NCBI GenBank assembly: GCA_051362555.1
Contig: CM120646.1
Coordinates: 12,028,001 to 12,092,000 of the forward strand
Source: Lingula anatina
Taxonomy: Eukaryota; Animalia; Brachiopoda
Direction: 5' to 3'
DNA length: 64,000 bases
Position numbers and translations under genes: made by a program. Each line of letters opens with the position of its first letter. Position 1 is the first letter of the stretch. Shown here piece by piece: positions 1-13,619 of this stretch. The notes under the pieces were generated by a model, which was not told the DNA's origin, made no database searches, and saw nothing but the letters and a program-made list of their open reading frames with translations.

Positions 1-250
1 ATTGAAACAACGTACATTGAAATATGTAATCTTCCTTTATGTTGAAGAATCCGAAGTCCCAAAATCCCAAACTTCAAGCTTATTTTCTCAAAAGGGCCCT
101 CTTTGACATTCAAGTGGAGAGAGAGAGAGAGAGAAGACTTGTTTTCTGGCGTAATGGACATTTCTGTCGACGTCGTACTTAGAATCATAAAGATCCTATA
201 CCTTTTAGAGGCCATTTTTCACGAGTGAGCGGTTCTGTGCAACGCTCTTA

Positions 251-507
251 GAGCTCATTCCAAATGAAACTATCGGTCTGCGTAGATTGATCCAACTCCA
301 CGGGGACTCTCACTGAATACAATCAGTTTGATAATATTGACACGATTCCTCCGGGTGTTGAGTAGAACACGGAGAAGCTGGTGATAATGCAAGTGCGTTG
401 GAAACAAAAGGAGCCATGTTCAATGGTTACACTGATTGCATTCAACGAGAGTCACTGCAAAGTTGGATCGATCTACGTAGACTGATAGTTTCAATGGGAA
501 TGAACCC
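251..507. mobile_element. MITE-like non-autonomous DNA transposon (PIF/Harbinger-like) with ~45 bp imperfect TIRs
   Basis: The left end gagctcattccaaatgaaactatcggtctgcgtagattgatccaact is the imperfect reverse complement of the right end agttggatcgatctacgtagactgatagtttcaatgggaatgaaccc. It is preceded by TTA, and the ends resemble the family at 14158/14605/48044. The superfamily is an inference. Confidence 0.6.
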
Positions 508-932
508 AAATTCTTTTTTCTTTCTTTTTTTTTTTTTTTTTTTGGCAGGGGAAGTGAACTGATTACTTCATAAAGGTGTAGCAATCGTATGAGACATCAG
601 TTCCTATTAATCAAAAACAAATTATATGGGTAGCCCGGTATATTTACAAGAGCAACAATCCTACGGATGTTCCATTTCATAATCTGAATCGTCATTTCCT
701 TTCAATTAAGATGTCATAATTTGAAAATTGCTATTTCGGCGTTAATAAGCATTCGGTTACTAGTTTTAGACCGATTATATCAGACCAGACAAATTTGAAA
801 AGTTGTCCATATCTAGTTATCACACTCAACGGCATGGATTTAAAGTGTGGTCATTGCCCGCTTAGCTTTCGTTAGACGAGGACTTCGAGTAGGCTAGACT
901 AATATCTAAAGCTAACACTGGTTCATAGCAAG

Positions 933-996
933 ATGAATTCATTATTGCTAACACTGGCGATGTGCTTGATTATTGGGTGTTCATGGGTGAGTAGGC

Positions 997-1076
<80 letters not shown>

Positions 1077-1160
1077 GATGTAATATAAATAATATATGAT
1101 CAAAATAAAACCTGTTCAGTGTGTTACAGATTTTCAAAATATTTTGCTGCTTTGCCGTGA

Positions 1161-1200
<40 letters not shown>

Positions 1201-2530
1201 TTTGCACACACAAACAGAGAGAGAGAGAGAATTTAAGGTATATATGTACACCTCAGGCCGGAGATTTCACCCCTCTGAGGGTCCGCGTGGACAGAGCCGT
1301 GGTGGGAGACCCCTGCACTGTGACGTTAGAGTACGAGGCCTCCGCTCATCCTCTGTTTTCATTCCGAGCCACCCTTCCCAGCGAGAAACTCATATCTGCT
1401 AAAGGTACCATTAGTCTTCTTCCTTCTTCCTTTTTTCTTTTTATTTACCTGAGTTTTTGTTATATATTTTTTCATTTCCTGTTCAAAAAGGATCTTAAAT
1501 GTCTTTATTTATCTATTTATTTATTTATTTTTATTCAGTTATTTCTTTATCTGATGGCTTTTTCCTAGGTGCTCCCGGTATGGCGGTATCCGACAACTTC
1601 TCAAACGGCCACGGTATTCTCCAGCTCCGGATTGCAGAGGTAAAACGAGAGCAAATCACTTGGGACTCCCCCTTTCAGATTCTAGCCAAATTCCTTGACG
1701 ATAACTACTACTGGAAAATAACCTTCAAATTCCGCGGGCAGGAGGAAGAGCAGGTTCTAGAGATCCCGGACATCGATTACAATGAAAGACCACCAAAACA
1801 AATCAAGTTTCGCCTTGGAAAACCTTTTAGTTTGAAATGCGGGTTTAAAGTGAACGGAACTTTCGACTATGCTGGCGCTGTTTGGCGAAAATTCAATTCG
1901 CTTCAGTTCAGCAACGCGACCCGGGAAGAGAAAAGAAATAACCTAAACTATAGACCCGACAGAAAGGATTGGAATGGCGTTTTGCACGTCGTCAACTCAG
2001 ACAATTTCGACTCTCCTTCCGCCGCCGACCAATGTTTGTGGCAATGCACAGCCGCCGTTAAAATGTATTACACCATCGGCCGTACGGCGCAGATGGTCTT
2101 TCTTCTGGTCCACATCATTTCCACGACAGATGTCAGTCTAGAAGATGCCCCGACCTCTTCTCCGGTTTTTGCCACGCCCATACCCCAATTAACAGTTTTC
2201 CCCGATTTCCCGGCCAGTCCAACCTACCCGAGAGGGGTCCTTGACGTGTACGGGCCCCGCTTTGAGAAACCTTGGTTCCTCGTGTTTTATTGCCATGGAT
2301 ACGGTGCCCCAAATCTGCGCATCTCCTTGTTCAGGAACGACACACTGGTAACCAGTGAAACGGCGCCTAATATAAACCAGCTTTCTTTGAAGACGAGCGA
2401 CTTTACGGACCGGATGATGTATTCCGTTGACTGCACCGAACTGGACAAATGTCGTGGTCAGTTTCGATGTGTGGCCAATAATGGGGCTGGTGTCACGCAG
2501 ACCACACCCACCTGGGTGATCAAAGAGTAA
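933..2530 (+). CDS. Secreted immunoglobulin-domain protein A (~387 aa, 3 exons)
   Basis: Exons are 933-986 (signal peptide MNSLLLTLAMCLIIGCSW, donor gtgagt), 1257-1404 (AGDFTPLRVRVDRAVVGDPCTVTLEY...SAK) and 1569-2530; total 1164 nt in frame. Ig-like motifs are LKC..VW..DQCLWQC and FYCHGYGAP..RGQFRCVANNGAG. No transmembrane segment. AATAAA at 2737-2742. Confidence 0.85.
1003..1230. repeat. (TA)n, (CA)n and (GA)n microsatellites in intron 1 of Ig gene A
   Basis: Directly visible at about 1003-1071, 1160-1197 and 1216-1230. Confidence 0.95.
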
Positions 2531-3074
2531 CCGGCAACATCTGTACAGTCGTTTGTAGAGCGACCTTTTGCCGTAACTGTCTGGTTGTCCTTTAAAGCAA
2601 ATGCCATCTGATTTTAATGGCTGGCTTTTATTATTCTGTCTCTGTGTTATTTCGATTCTCTTTTGTGTTTGGCTAACTGTTTTTCGCTGCCAAGAACATA
2701 ATATGATAAACAAACACGGAGGAAAACTTTAAGACGAATAAAATAAGTTGACTAGTAGTTTGACTTGCTTTATTTACTACACATTAAAAATAATTATAGG
2801 AACATGTGAAATAACATGTCTGAAGAATTCAAAATAGTTTAGTTTGTATTAGACTAGTGTGTAACTGTCCTACTGCTGTGCTGGTGACCGCACAGTTTGA
2901 ATACATGTATGTGACGTCAGAAACGAATGTTTTTATGTGTAAACAGACCCAAGTTCAGGTTTTTATGGTAAAATATAACCAAATCCCTATTAGTGAGGAA
3001 AAAAACCCCACAAGAAATCAAGTTTCAATTTCTTACGCAACATTACTGAATCATAAATACGTGTCCCACTGATT

Positions 3075-4855
3075 TCATTGATAAAGTCTCCAAGTCGGGG
3101 TGCTTCGCGTGACCCCGTTACCGTTACTGGCGACGCAGCTGAAATCCCCCCGGCACTTCTCAATGTCTGTACAATCTATGCTTAAGAGGATCTTGTCAAG
3201 GAACGCGCTGACTTTGAGTGAGACGCTGTAGATGTTTGAGGAAGTCGAGCTCGTGACAGGGGCGCCATTTTTATGGAGCGCTATCTTCACGTCCGGCGAC
3301 CCATACGCCCAACACAAGACACGTATGTACCATGGTTTGGTGACGTTGGCCGCCACCTCGTTAAACACTCCCTTAGGCATGATCCAGTCCATTTCGGGGA
3401 ACATCTTAAGACGGGGAAGAGGGGGGTCAAACCCTGGGTTTTCAGCCGTAGCATCCAAAACGTCAGTTGCAGAAGTAACCGTTATGGAAACATCAGTACT
3501 ATACTCACCATATAAAGGGGAGTCTGGTTGAACTGGTGTTGTGACGTAAGCAGAACATCGGTAATAGCCCTGGTCGGCACGTGACGGTGACGTCACTGTA
3601 CCCGTATTGCGGCACACAGTCGAACCGTCTTTTCTGTGCCGAATTCTTTCGTTTCCAATCGACCCTTGTAAACGTAGCGGTTTTTCAAAAAACCGATTAT
3701 TGATGACAGACCAATATGACGCCAAGTTCTGATATTGACCTTTGACCTTCAGAGCGCACTGCATCCGGAAGGGCCGCCCTGCGCGAATTTGCACGCGCTT
3801 TGGAGGAGCTCTCAACAGTTCTACTTCCGGAAATATAATTTCACTTTTGTTTGGTGAAATTTCTGTGTTAAATCTGATCGTCCAGTAGTAGTTTTTGTTG
3901 GGTATTTTTGCATATATAATATCGCCGGTTTTATACTTGAAATGATGAGGCTTAAGCACTGGTATGGACAACTGAAGCGACCCCGTGCCGTTGGCGAAAC
4001 TGTCCGTTACCTGCAGGTCAGGATCGGCTGAAAAAGAAAGTGACATATAATCGTACCATTAGCGTCACTGTCAGACATGTTCCATTCATACATAGCCGAA
4101 TATAAAGCATTGTGCTAAAGTCTGCTAAGAAAATGTAATGATGACTAATTGAATAAGCCTTTAAGTAAGTTCTCGGTATAGTCAGAACAAAAATCTAGAA
4201 CTCTAAAAGCAGGTGTAAATATTTACATTTTTCTTAACAATTTTGGATAAGAAATATCTTGGTGATTTAGAAAAAAAAAGTTGAAATTCCTGAGGAGAAA
4301 TAAATTGCCTGGTTTGTAAAGACCTAAAGCGCCTCTAACACCAAGATTGCGACTGCTGGGAGAACGGATTTTTGCCCACTCAAAAATGTCTAAAACTCAT
4401 GTTATGGATTTAAATCTCACCTTGAGCTTGTATGAAATTTTCACTCGCCACCTTCACCATAAAGTAGAGATCTGGATGTCGCCTGGCCATGTACCTGAAC
4501 GTCAGATTGGCGGACCCCCCTAACACCCTCTCCCCAGTAATATCTATCTTTAGGGGCCTAAACTCTACAGCCTGAATGATAAGCATATTGAATTACTGAA
4601 AAGGTGAACAGAATAATAAAAAAAATGAATGTGTAGACCAAACGACATCAGCGGATTAGATAAAATGTCGAGTTTTCGCAATTCACATTTTTTAAACTTT
4701 CAGCTTCTTTTTCAGAATATCTCTCAAGTCAACACAACTATTATTACAGTTGTAGGTCGGTTAGGACAAGTGCAAGATTTCTACTATTTTGGTTTCGTAC
4801 GAACCTCAGCGCAGACGACCATCCAAACCAAGATAAAGTACCCCACCGTTGCCAT
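3075..4855 (-). CDS. Secreted immunoglobulin-domain protein B (~384 aa, 3 exons), paralog of gene A
   Basis: Exons are 4855-4805 (signal peptide MATVGYFILVWMVVCAE), 4571-4421 (AVEFRPLKIDITGERVLGGSANLTFRY...IQAQ) and 4027-3075; total 1155 nt in frame. Intron phases (0,1) match gene A. Motifs are MQC..YW..DQGYYRC and VLCWAYGSP..RGDFSCVASNGNG. Blocks shared with gene A include NYYW, SPS.ADQ, DCT...KCRG.F.CVA.NG.GVT..TPTW. Confidence 0.85.
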
Positions 4856-7800
4856 CTTGAGTGACCGTTGAACGAATAAACGCAAAATCAAACCGTGCCC
4901 TCGAAAAATTGAATTTCCTATTGGGCATGATTGGTATATAAATTAAGTCTGATTGAAAAATTATTTGTGAATTAGTCTGAGGCCGCATAAAACACCGTTT
5001 TCATTCAAAGCGTTTCATTCTAACTTCAGGAACTAGTTGGTTTCATAATAATCTAGAAGGTAGTCCATGCTGAAGAACCCAGGCAATCCCCATAGGAAAA
5101 CCCGCCGTTGGTGTCGTGTTTTACAGCAGAGGGCGCTGCTAAACCCCGCAAATTGCCCTCTAGTTGGAGTGAGTCTGAATACAGTTTTGGTCAAAACGGT
5201 CCTGAACGCTGCCTTAGATATAGTTGAGTAATTTCCGTGAGTACTGCATTGATAACTGGTCCGTATGGAAAGCTCTGTAGATAGCGTGTTCACAATCAAG
5301 GCCTGGGGGTCACCTAAGTGAAACGTGATTAAGTCGATGGGCAGTTGGCTTAGGCTTGACGTTTAAAAGATTAATATTAAATTTTATTTGTTAGGGGTTT
5401 GACCCGTCAAAAGTTCGCCCAGGTTCTTGTGATGGTTTCAATAAATATAACTTATTTATTAAATACTTATTGCAAACCTAAAATCACAGCTAAAATATAA
5501 ATGTGGCAGAAAAATAGGCTGCAGAATTTTCACGTATTATTACAACCTTCCTATGGTTTTTAGGTGAACTATCATTTGATGCGAATTAAATCAACTGACA
5601 CCTCAGTATTATCAGCTAAAGTCACAAACATTTCAGCTAGGATATAGTATGTATAAAATGTGATTTTGTGTCACCGCTAACACAATCGAAGGCCGAGAAG
5701 TGCCACGTACGTTGTAACACATTGGAGTGATTTCTTTTACCTCGATTCAAGCGAAATAGCTTTGGCTTACAGAAGGTGATACTCTGTGCACACCGTTTTC
5801 AATTTTGTCTCAAAATAAGAGAAATAGAATATCAATAATTATATGAGGCGCCCCTAGATAATGGGCTAATGATGTTGATATAGCCCTTCCCTTTGCTTGA
5901 ACGACTGCTCCCCTTCACCCCTCCCTTCTCTAAATAGCCACCGGCATATTGGTCATGTATTAACTCACGATACAGACGCTGATCAAAGATGACGTAAAAA
6001 CTTTTCATGAATTTCTAATTTTTCAAGTGATGAAATAAGTTGATTATCAAAAAGATGATAAAGAAGAGATGCACAAAGATTCCCCCCCCCCCCCCCCCCC
6101 CCAATGCGATGGAAGCTTGCCGCTTTCACAGAATTAACTACTTAGCGTTTCTTTTTACAATGACTAATTTTACTGGTTACACGCTATGGTTTTTGAGTCT
6201 TAATTGTTTGCGGTGTTTTCACTTCGTCTAGGTTACAGAAAAGCACTTAGAAATTACGTCACGTCGAACGTAGGATTGACGGCGTAAGCACTGTCACGGG
6301 GTAATATAACGTTTAAAATGAAAATTTTGAATTAGAAAATGCCTCTTCGATATACCGTGTACTATCTAACCCTATGCACCGGATGATCGGCTTTGAATTT
6401 AACTTGTGAAGTCATGTTTCATTTTTGAAGCGTGACAATTAGTTATGGAAATTTGGACATTGATACCTAAGCAAAAACAATGACCTGCCTCCTGCATCAC
6501 ATTATACATAGTAAGGTAAAGATATTAGCTGCATGTCGTAACATTATCGAAAAGAGACGCTGGTTGACGAAAGTGGAAGAAGTTTGTGTCACAAAGGGGT
6601 TAAAACTGAACATAATTCTGCACTAAAATGGACCAAGCTTTCTTCTATTATAATAGCCACAATTTGTCACATCGTAAAACTTTGACAAGGCACCCTTTTC
6701 ATGAAAATCTTCTGAGAGTCCTAAGAGCAATGATTAATCTTTTGATATTCTTTCCCTAATGTTAAAAAAATCAATCATCTGGCCATGTGCCTTTTGGATG
6801 CGGAACACTGCATTTGAAATCAGCTCCCTGGTGAACCGCTTTCAACTGACTTAGCTTAGTTTTGACATCTGTGGCGGTAAACGAAAAAAAAAAAGAAAGA
6901 AAGAAAACAAGCCCAAACGGATGGAGCGTGAAAGTGAGTAATACAAAAGCATACAAAAAAGTTGTAGAGATGAAAATTAGGAAGAGCAGATAATGAGCAT
7001 ATCATAGGTCAAACAGGTAGATTTATTTAGATATTAATTGGTGATAATAAGCAACATTAAACAATACGAACTATATTCGGATGTGCAATTAGTCGACATG
7101 TAGATGCATATGAAGTTGAAATTACTTCTAATTTTCCGCGCTTGGTCACAATCCATTAGGGGGATATTTTTGAGGTATAGTGTAACACGCAGATGTACTT
7201 GATTTCACCTGTTTTTGGAGAATAAAACGCTTTGCTCTATTACAATTAAAAGATTAAATCAATTAAAAGTATAATGTAAAAGTATTTTTTAGATAACACG
7301 ACATGAATTAATGTCTAATGGAACACAATTCAGGAAAATATAATTTAAGACTAAAAATTATAACAGAAAATAACGTATGGGATATTTTTACTGAATTAAT
7401 ATTTATCCCTAAATATATTATCTATCACAAGGCGTTGGAAAAATAACAAATTCAACAAAGTAATCACATCCACTTTTTTGTTACTTGGTTTCAAGTTCCT
7501 CTCTTTTTTTGATGTGCGAGGTTGTTTTTTGATAGACCTGTTAAAACTAGTTTTGAGTTTCTTTTGGCTTAAATCAGATAATTTTCTGATCTATTATAGT
7601 TTGTTACAAACAGTAACTATTGATTATCATAATTATTATTATTACTTTACCCTAATAATGAACATAGGAAAAAGGAACACCAAAACTGGGGACAGAAGTA
7701 TAACTCCTTTTGCACATTATGTTTCTATGAATGCCATTTATTTATTCATTTCTTTCGCTGCCTTTACATAATATATGTATATATTTGCATTAGTATATAA

Positions 7801-8583
7801 TTACAAAAATAACAAAACAAGGATTTCATATTTTTACCAAATGATGACTAAAATATTGCAAATGCATAGACAGTTTTGAGGTTATGAAAGAAGCACCAGG
7901 AACTCTCACCCAACACATAGTTTTCGATTCTGTACAAGTGGCACCAATGCTTCACATAATGGGTTTCTTTAACTTACAGATGTTTACCGCTGCCTTTTTG
8001 CCCTAGATATTGTTCAATCCTGCATTGATACGACCTTTTCTTCAACTTATGGCGTGTATAATTGCTCGATGTTAGTTGCCCTTTTCCACTGGTCTGGCTA
8101 GCAAGAATGCTTTTACTTACTGAGTAAAAATACCTTAAAATACTCACAGTTTAATATAATTTCGGACGGACTTAACTGTAGCGAAGCGTTTTGTTCATTA
8201 CATGCTGTTCATCTCTGGTTGCTTCAAAAGAACCAGTTTTTCCTTGGTTCTGAGGTATACGCACAGTAAAGATAAGGTACTATGCAAGGCGTGTAAAACA
8301 GCCTCGTCGTAAAAGCTGGCACGTGTAACGTCAAACTTTTCAGCAGCAAAGCGCGTAAGAAGGCGCATGGATTGTCGCATTTTTTATTGCTGTACTGTAG
8401 TGGGGTGTAAGCACGGCGTTTTTTTTTTATTGTACCGAGGTCTTTCTCTGCTTTATACTTTAGGGTGAATACACACAGCGCTGCAGTAATTTTCCCAACT
8501 ATTCCAAACTTCAAGGAAACTTGGCACACTGCTCGTTGCTGTCCTGTAATTAGATCGTATGAAGTTAACCAGAAGACAAGAGT

Positions 8584-10935
8584 TCACTGTTGTTCTTTAC
8601 TGAAAGGACTCCTCTGTATAGGCGCGTGTTGGTCATCATAAGGCGCCCCCTGGCTGCCTTGGCTGGCCGTGGGTGAGATCTGACCATGCGTCGTTATTGA
8701 GTCTCCTACAGACGAAGGGAGGGAATCCACGGGCTTTAACTGACCGGTCACTTTGTCCTTGACCATCTGCGTTCCTTTGACCCGCTTCCACTTCATACGG
8801 CGGTTCTGAAACCACACTTTAACCTGAAACGAAAGTGAAACTGAAGTTGCTATTCAACGATCAAATGTAAATCGATTTTGTCTTCTTGATAACATTATCA
8901 ATTAAAATTTGTAATAAACTTTCTTTTAAAAAATGCCCTTAATATCTAACGCTATTAAATTGAGTATATAATGTTGTTACTGGGTCGAATTTTGTTATTA
9001 TTATTTCCGAGAACACTTTTTCCTTAAAAAGAAAAAAAAAAAAAAACAAGTACTAAAATTTCAGTTTTACATACAGAGGAACATACTTTCAATGTTTTTC
9101 GTAATTTGTTACAGCTAAATTGCACAACATCTTTTCGTGTTTGTCAAGAAACATTTTACTTATACAGAGCATGATGCGTATCTATTTCAAGACACGAGGA
9201 CCATATTTCACTTTACGCATTTCACCTTAAATATGACGGATGGTTGTAGTGTTATCCATTATTTTGTTTTTGTATTGATTTTACATTTTCCTTTTTTTCT
9301 GGTGTTAGTAAAAGGATAATTTGACTACTACTGCACTTGATAGGCTGTTGACAAAAGGTAAAGAACATTTTTCCCAATACAGTGAGGCCGTTTATAGTCT
9401 TACATTTTATTTTTCTTTCTTGTTTCTTTTGAAAACAAACGTATGAATCAAGTAACCCCTCCCCCCAAATAAATCCGATCATAATAAATCACATCTACAT
9501 GCAATACAACAGATTTAACAGGCTCATTTACGGACAAATAACTGTGGATAGTAGATAACCAGTGGGATATGTCTTTCTTCTGCAAAAAAGGTGAAAAAAT
9601 CCAGCAGACAAAGAGAATATCTTAAGAACTTCCTTATTTTGAAAAACTCCACAGTGGCGAACAAAAATAAAATAAAACAGCACTCGTGGATTATTAAATG
9701 CCATTAAACACTTGGACTATAAATTTAATTCCTGAACGACGCGTAGAAACAAATCGCCGACCATTTTATCAAATAACAAGGCTCCTTGCGTGCTCGTGGC
9801 GGCTTATTGGGATGAAGACATCATATTTAATCTCCTGTTCGTTCCTGGTTTTCTACTTGCCCCAGTCACCTCTGTGCTCTTAATGTAGATTTGATGGGCT
9901 ATCTGAACTATAAGTGCCGACTAACCTGCCTGCTGATGGGCATTCGGGGGCTAAAAAGCCGAGAAATCTGGCACCGAATAAACTATTTTTATACGGGGGA
10001 GAGCATTAGATGAGTTATATACTCACGCACACGAGGGGAGGAGCAAAAGTACGGCACCACTGAAGAGAAAAAACAACCCCATGAACCTTCAAAAGCCGAT
10101 TCCATGTTTGCTTTTGAAATTTTAACATTTGGAAAATAGGTCTCGTTTATACACCAAGCAATCACATGAAAAAGTTCTGAAAAGGGCAGTTTATATCTCG
10201 TTCCCATTTTCATCAAATAAAATTCTTCACTGAATAATTGTGTATAAAAATAATCCCAGCATTGCGAGATGCCAGCAAGTCATAGTTAGATTGATATTTG
10301 TGCCGGCGTAGTTTGATACAGATATTTTACAGATGAGCTTCAGAGAAAAAAAGAACCCCCCAAAAATGCATGACATGAAAATGCGAAGTGAAAATAGCGG
10401 CATATTTAAAAATTGAGTAAAAATACCTCTACACTTTTTAAAATAAAATATTACTGCTTTTACCCTTTCTCTAATTTATATTCTTAAAAAGCCGCCGCAA
10501 GATGGCACGAGATTTCAGCTGTTAATAACTGCCTTTTTGCCCAGTGAATCTATTTGTAAGGTGAAAAAAGTTCTATTTGAATGACCGATAAGTGTGAAAA
10601 GATTTTTTTATGAAAAGATTTTCGCTCAGAAATAACGTTTACCCTAAATGCAACTGCACACGGTGATTCTTAAAAATTCAATAACTAAACCACGGTGCGT
10701 ATATTTCAGTTACATACATGTGCCATAATAAACACCAACAAACATCCCGTAAAACGTATTAATGAAACAACTTTGCTTAAAAACTTATAAGTCCTTATTT
10801 TACATGCGCTGAATATGTTTCGCATCTCTACATCCCAGCAGGCAATCAATAGACGTCGATATTTTTTATCTTTATACGTAGTTCGTCTGGTATCAACGTC
10901 GACAAGAACTATTTTCTGGAATTCACAACGCTCGC

Positions 10936-10980
<45 letters not shown>

Positions 10981-13587
10981 TTAATTTAGGCAAATGACAG
11001 TGAAAGTGATCTGCAAATAAGCGGGGACTACGTAACTATGTTTATCTTTTTCATTTTGATAAAATGCTTGTTCTCTTTCCATGCCAGCGCATTCGGTGAC
11101 CCTTTGAATCTGTAAACAATTTCTACTATCTTTTAAACCTTTATCATATATCATTCTTATGATATCTACTCTTGTATCATAACCGCAACTCCTCACCCCC
11201 AATAAAAATTTGACAGTTCTTCTGAATAAATAGATCCTACTTTTTATATTATTTACATAAGTCTAACTCGGCGCACACTGCAGAGTTTTTCTTTAAAGGA
11301 AGACGAAAGGTTTACTAATGTGTTACATGTATTATGGGGTTTGTGCATATTTTTGGACAAAAAATAGACACTTTTGAAAAATGTATGTTTGAAAGCGCTC
11401 CTTAGCCTTTTCAGTGTTTTTGGCGGTCCTTTACCTATCTTTAAAATTTCCATTTTTTAAAAGAAATCCTTTGATTCCAGTTTATTTAGCTTTTCTTTAG
11501 TTCGACCTGCTTAAACCGACAATCCTATATCTAACTTTGCCAAATTTTTAATTCTTAAAAAGATTATGCCTTTTGTTTCTTATTGATATTAAATAAATGA
11601 CATAATTATAAATAACAGTGAGTGGCTGCTACATATGTAAATAAAATGGAATCCATCATAAAAACGAATCGCAGTATTCAGCGTACTGTTTGTATATTTG
11701 ATAACTTCAAACATTCAACATAACATGATTTTGATAACAAAATAATACCGTGGCATGAAGTTTACCTTAAAGTATCGTTCTTTTTTAACTTTCATGTATC
11801 CTAAGATACTGTTTGTCAAAAAGTCGGTCTAGAAGAAAAAAAACGTTGGCGCTTCTTTTCGAGCATCAGCAGTGACGTCAAAAGGGATTTTGTTTTCGTT
11901 TTCAATATATGACCGTGACGTAGCCTTATTTTTGAACTCTCTGAACTGTGTCGAACTGCACGATTTTAATATATACAAATACTTATAATTTTGCTGCTTA
12001 GAATTAAAGTGTTTTATTCTTTAAAATTAGACAACTTTTCATTATTCAATAAATACATATTTCACAGAACATCGAAAATAAAAAATGACAAACACAAAAA
12101 CACACTCAGGCTTTGATCAACAACGATTAAAACATTAAATTAAACGAATATAAAACATTATATAAAGGCATAGTGCGGACTGATTAACTGTATTTATTGA
12201 ATTGTCTTGTTGGTTCTTTGCTGTCACACTTGCCAAGCTGTTGAAAACGTTCTTTTAACCAAACAAATTTTAGAGCCCGTATTATATTTTATTCAGTGCT
12301 CTTCACGTATTTTTAATGCGTTACATTATGTTACCATACATATTTGAAATATCAAAACATTCTTTCATTTAAAGGAAAACAACGGAGCACTTCAAAATAA
12401 GAGTCCGCTAAAAACTGAACTATTTGTAGGATAGACAGATAATTTTAATAAGTCGTAAACAACCCTAACCGTTGCGATATGTTATGCGCGCGACACTATT
12501 TTCTGTGTTTAAATAAGGGCATGTAATTGAGGCGATTTTGTAATTCAAACTACATTAATGAAAAATAACAACAATGCCGATAGAATCCTTTCATTTTACG
12601 ATTTAAACTGTATAAAACGGTTGAGCCTATACGTAAAAGAAGTAGATACCAAGCGATAGTTTGTTTTTTTATTAACTCGGGCGGTTCTACCACATCAAGT
12701 GACCCGAACTATTTCTGAACATTGTCAGTCAAAATGGACTGAGTAATTGAATTAATAATTTTTCTGCAGTCATCTTAGTCTGTGACCCATTAATTAAAAA
12801 ACCCACGTTTTTTCTGATAAAAAAGCACAAAACAAAAAACATCGCGTTTTTAGGCATCACGCGGCAACGTAAAAAAACCACCACCACCGCCACTAACAAC
12901 AAAGTCCCATCATTTTTTGTGTGAATTACGATACCATTTTTAATTTCATTTTATTCCTCCACCCAACGCGGCACCCTGACCTAGCATGCACCAGTTTCTT
13001 TGATGCCAGCTTTGAGGTGCGCAGCTCGGCCTGTCTCGTGGTGAAATGTGCCGGGCGAGTTAAAGCATAATCAACAATCTTAACGACTTCCTTATGATGT
13101 TACCATAGGCACCGAGGCTTACTGATGGATGGCCCGTAACTGCCTTAACAGCTGTGCGCCAGATGTGTTTCTGTTTTAATGAGAAGAGCAAGACGGCGAT
13201 GCAGAGGGGGCTGCGTGCCTCGGGAGCAGCGAGGTGGAGGCTCGGTATGCTATTACGACACTCGATAGCGCTATTACGACATTCGATAGCCCATTATCGG
13301 TAGAATCTGCCGTCTGTTCTTGTCCTCTCCCCCCGCCTTCTCGGGTGTGGCTCATCGGCGTGTGTTATTTTACTAAGGCATATAAACTAAAAATCACATT
13401 TTTTAATTTCGGATTTTTTTAAGTGCTTGCGAACGAAATTAACCCTCCCCTTTGCTGAGAGAACAAATCACTTACAGGAGGCACTGCAAGCAAAAAAAAA
13501 ATTACTCCAAGGATATTTTTCACGTTGTTTGAAGAATTGAAATAATGCATCATTCGTCAACCCGGAATACCAATGATGATGACGGCA

Positions 13588-13619
<32 letters not shown>

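Noticed and set aside
997-1251. Low-complexity ORFs (also 15090-15723, 13468-13737, 41666-41920, 61088-61375)
   Set aside because: These are translations of microsatellites.
1499-1568. Hydrophobic N-terminus of the 343 aa ORF as the signal peptide
   Set aside because: It is T-rich intron sequence. The real signal peptide is in exon 933-986, mirrored by the structure of the paralog.
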